Assembly: GCA_964599995.1 (NCBI GenBank)
Contig: CAZRHZ010000001.1
Span: 1-57,258 of the forward strand
DNA: 57,258 bases
From: an uncultured Anaerolinea sp.
GTDB lineage: Bacteria; Chloroflexota; Anaerolineae; Anaerolineales; Anaerolineaceae
Direction of reading: 5' to 3'
In this document: positions 56,100 to 57,258 of the stretch, piece by piece
Position numbering within the stretch: position 1 is the first letter of the stretch
Layout of the letters: the number at the start of each line of letters is the position of its first letter
Notes under the pieces: generated by a model
Database searches by the model: none
What the model was told of the DNA's origin: nothing
The model's input: only the letters and a program-made list of their open reading frames with translations
Made by a program: the position numbers and the translations under genes

Positions 56100-56867
56100 A
56101 TGGCCCTTTATAACGATTTTGCACAGGTATACGCGAAAGGGGATTACCCAACCCTGTCACAGGCGGTGGCTGAGATCCTACCGAACGTTTTAAAGGAATA
56201 CAAGATTCCACTTAAAGGGAAGCTTCTGGACGTGGCTTGCGGTGAAGGCAGCTTCGCGCTGGCCATGACCAAAACCGGTTGGGAAGTGACCGGCATTGAT
56301 CAATCTGAAGAGATGCTGCGCCTGGCCAGGCACCGCGCTCAACAAGCCCAATTGAATATTCAGTTCATCAAACATGACATGAGGTTTCTGGATTTCACAG
56401 ATGAGTTCGACCTGGCTACCTGCTGGTTCGACAGCCTGAACTACATGCTCACCAAGGATGACCTTCAATCCACATTCAATAATATTGCCAGAGCATTAAA
56501 ACCAGGCGGCTGGTTCATATTCGATATGAACACCACCTACGGTCTGGCCGTCGAGTGGCAGAAAGAAAAATGTTATGTGCGGCAGGAAACCCCCGATCTG
56601 CTTGAACTGCATCGCACCGATTATGATTTCGAGAACAATAAAGCCTGCGTGACGATCACCTGGTTCGTGCGCGAAGGTGAAGTGTGGCAGAAGTTCGAAG
56701 AAAAACATGTGGAACGCGCTTTTCCGATCGAAGAGATCGAGGATTGCCTGGAGTACGCCGGGTTCAAGGTAGTGGGTAAGTTCGGCAGCATCCGCCATCA
56801 AAAGCCGCTGCAATCCGACAACAACCGGGTGTGGTTCCTCACCCACTATCAGGATTCAGTTCACTAG
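56100..56867 (+). CDS. Class I SAM-dependent methyltransferase
   Basis: 255 aa with SAM motif I LLDVACGEGSFAL and motif post-I GIDQSEEML. AGGAG lies 8 nt upstream of the ATG. Confidence 0.85.
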   Translation: MALYNDFAQVYAKGDYPTLSQAVAEILPNVLKEYKIPLKGKLLDVACGEGSFALAMTKTGWEVTGIDQSEEMLRLARHRAQQAQLNIQFIKHDMRFLDFTDEFDLATCWFDSLNYMLTKDDLQSTFNNIARALKPGGWFIFDMNTTYGLAVEWQKEKCYVRQETPDLLELHRTDYDFENNKACVTITWFVREGEVWQKFEEKHVERAFPIEEIEDCLEYAGFKVVGKFGSIRHQKPLQSDNNRVWFLTHYQDSVH

Positions 56868-57258
56868 AAGCTGATTAGCTTTATTCCAAATCTGGTCAAA
56901 CATTTGAGCCGTCAAGCGGCCGGTCTGCGTATTCTGCCGGCTGGGATGGTACGACGCCAGCACCCACGGATGGGCTTCAGAAGCCTCCAGAAGCGCTCCG
57001 TGGTCAAAGGATGGCACATGATCCATTTCTCGTGTGATCTCGTCCCAGGCGAGCCTGCCAAGTGCCACAATGCCTTGAACCGAGGTCAGCAACCCCAGCT
57101 CCGCTTCCAAGAAATCATGGCAGTTGGTGATCTCGCCACGGTCGGGCTTGTTATCCGGTGGTGCGCAGCGGCAAACCGCTGTGATGAACAGGTTCTTCAG
57201 TTCCAAACCGTCATTTACATTCAATCCATCAGGTTGATTGGCAAATCCAGCCCGCCAG
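56856..57258 (-). CDS. Uracil-DNA glycosylase superfamily protein (family 4/5-like); 5' end beyond the window
   Basis: The frame stays open from 57224 to the window edge (…WRAGFANQPDGLNVNDG). It contains FITAVCRCAPPDNKP and SYHPSRQN, typical of family 4/5 UDGs. The N-terminal catalytic motif is not in the window. Confidence 0.65.
   Translation of the reverse strand, partial: WRAGFANQPDGLNVNDGLELKNLFITAVCRCAPPDNKPDRGEITNCHDFLEAELGLLTSVQGIVALGRLAWDEITREMDHVPSFDHGALLEASEAHPWVLASYHPSRQNTQTGRLTAQMFDQIWNKANQLLVN

Noticed and set aside
55990-56211. A 74-codon N-terminal extension of the alpha/beta hydrolase ORF. Similar extensions occur at 11535-11582 (mvk), 25401-25460 and 50974-51027.
   Set aside because: These extensions overlap divergent genes or promoters and lack an SD. 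Internal starts with GGAG-type SDs give sensible signal-anchor or family-typical N-termini.

Overview
This is a 57.3-kb, densely coding chromosomal window with about 50 CDS, one canonical tRNA-Leu and no rRNA. Most genes are housekeeping: lepA, tlyA, greA, topA, dprA, rimM-KH-rpsP-ffh, queG, tilS, mutL, an S41 protease, pyrG and eno. Several features suggest a Chloroflexota (Anaerolineae-like) genome, but that is inference only. They are mevalonate kinase plus isopentenyl phosphate kinase, a DUF2298/Chlor_Arch_YYY giant membrane protein, many exported proteins with Thr/Pro-rich linkers, and LysM, M23, LCP and NBR1-FW-like wall proteins. I saw no CRISPR array, transposase, prophage or classical defence cassette.

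Main points:
1. The apparently ORF-free first 4.8 kb is one uninterrupted 1593-codon minus-strand frame cut by the window edge. The ORF track omits it. It ends a lepA-linked operon (flippase-like, epimerase, GT4, GT-C-like giant) that looks like a lipid-linked glycosylation system of unknown acceptor.
2. A two-gene partner-switching module pairs a STAS protein with a 1407-aa fusion of an RsbW-type kinase, six GAF modules and a PP2C phosphatase.
3. A pair of tRNA-Gln-like elements keeps intact stems but has missing or degenerate D arms. It sits next to an orphan ParA.
4. A tyrosine-recombinase-like protein lacks the catalytic Tyr.
5. A receiver domain fused to a degenerate MinD is translationally coupled to a sirtuin.
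6. Six genes have -10 hexamers exactly 6-7 nt upstream of the start codon, suggesting leaderless mRNAs. Four convergent gene pairs have abutting or overlapping stops.

Several ORF-track starts were revised using SD or promoter evidence. Everything is from hand reading; no searches were run.
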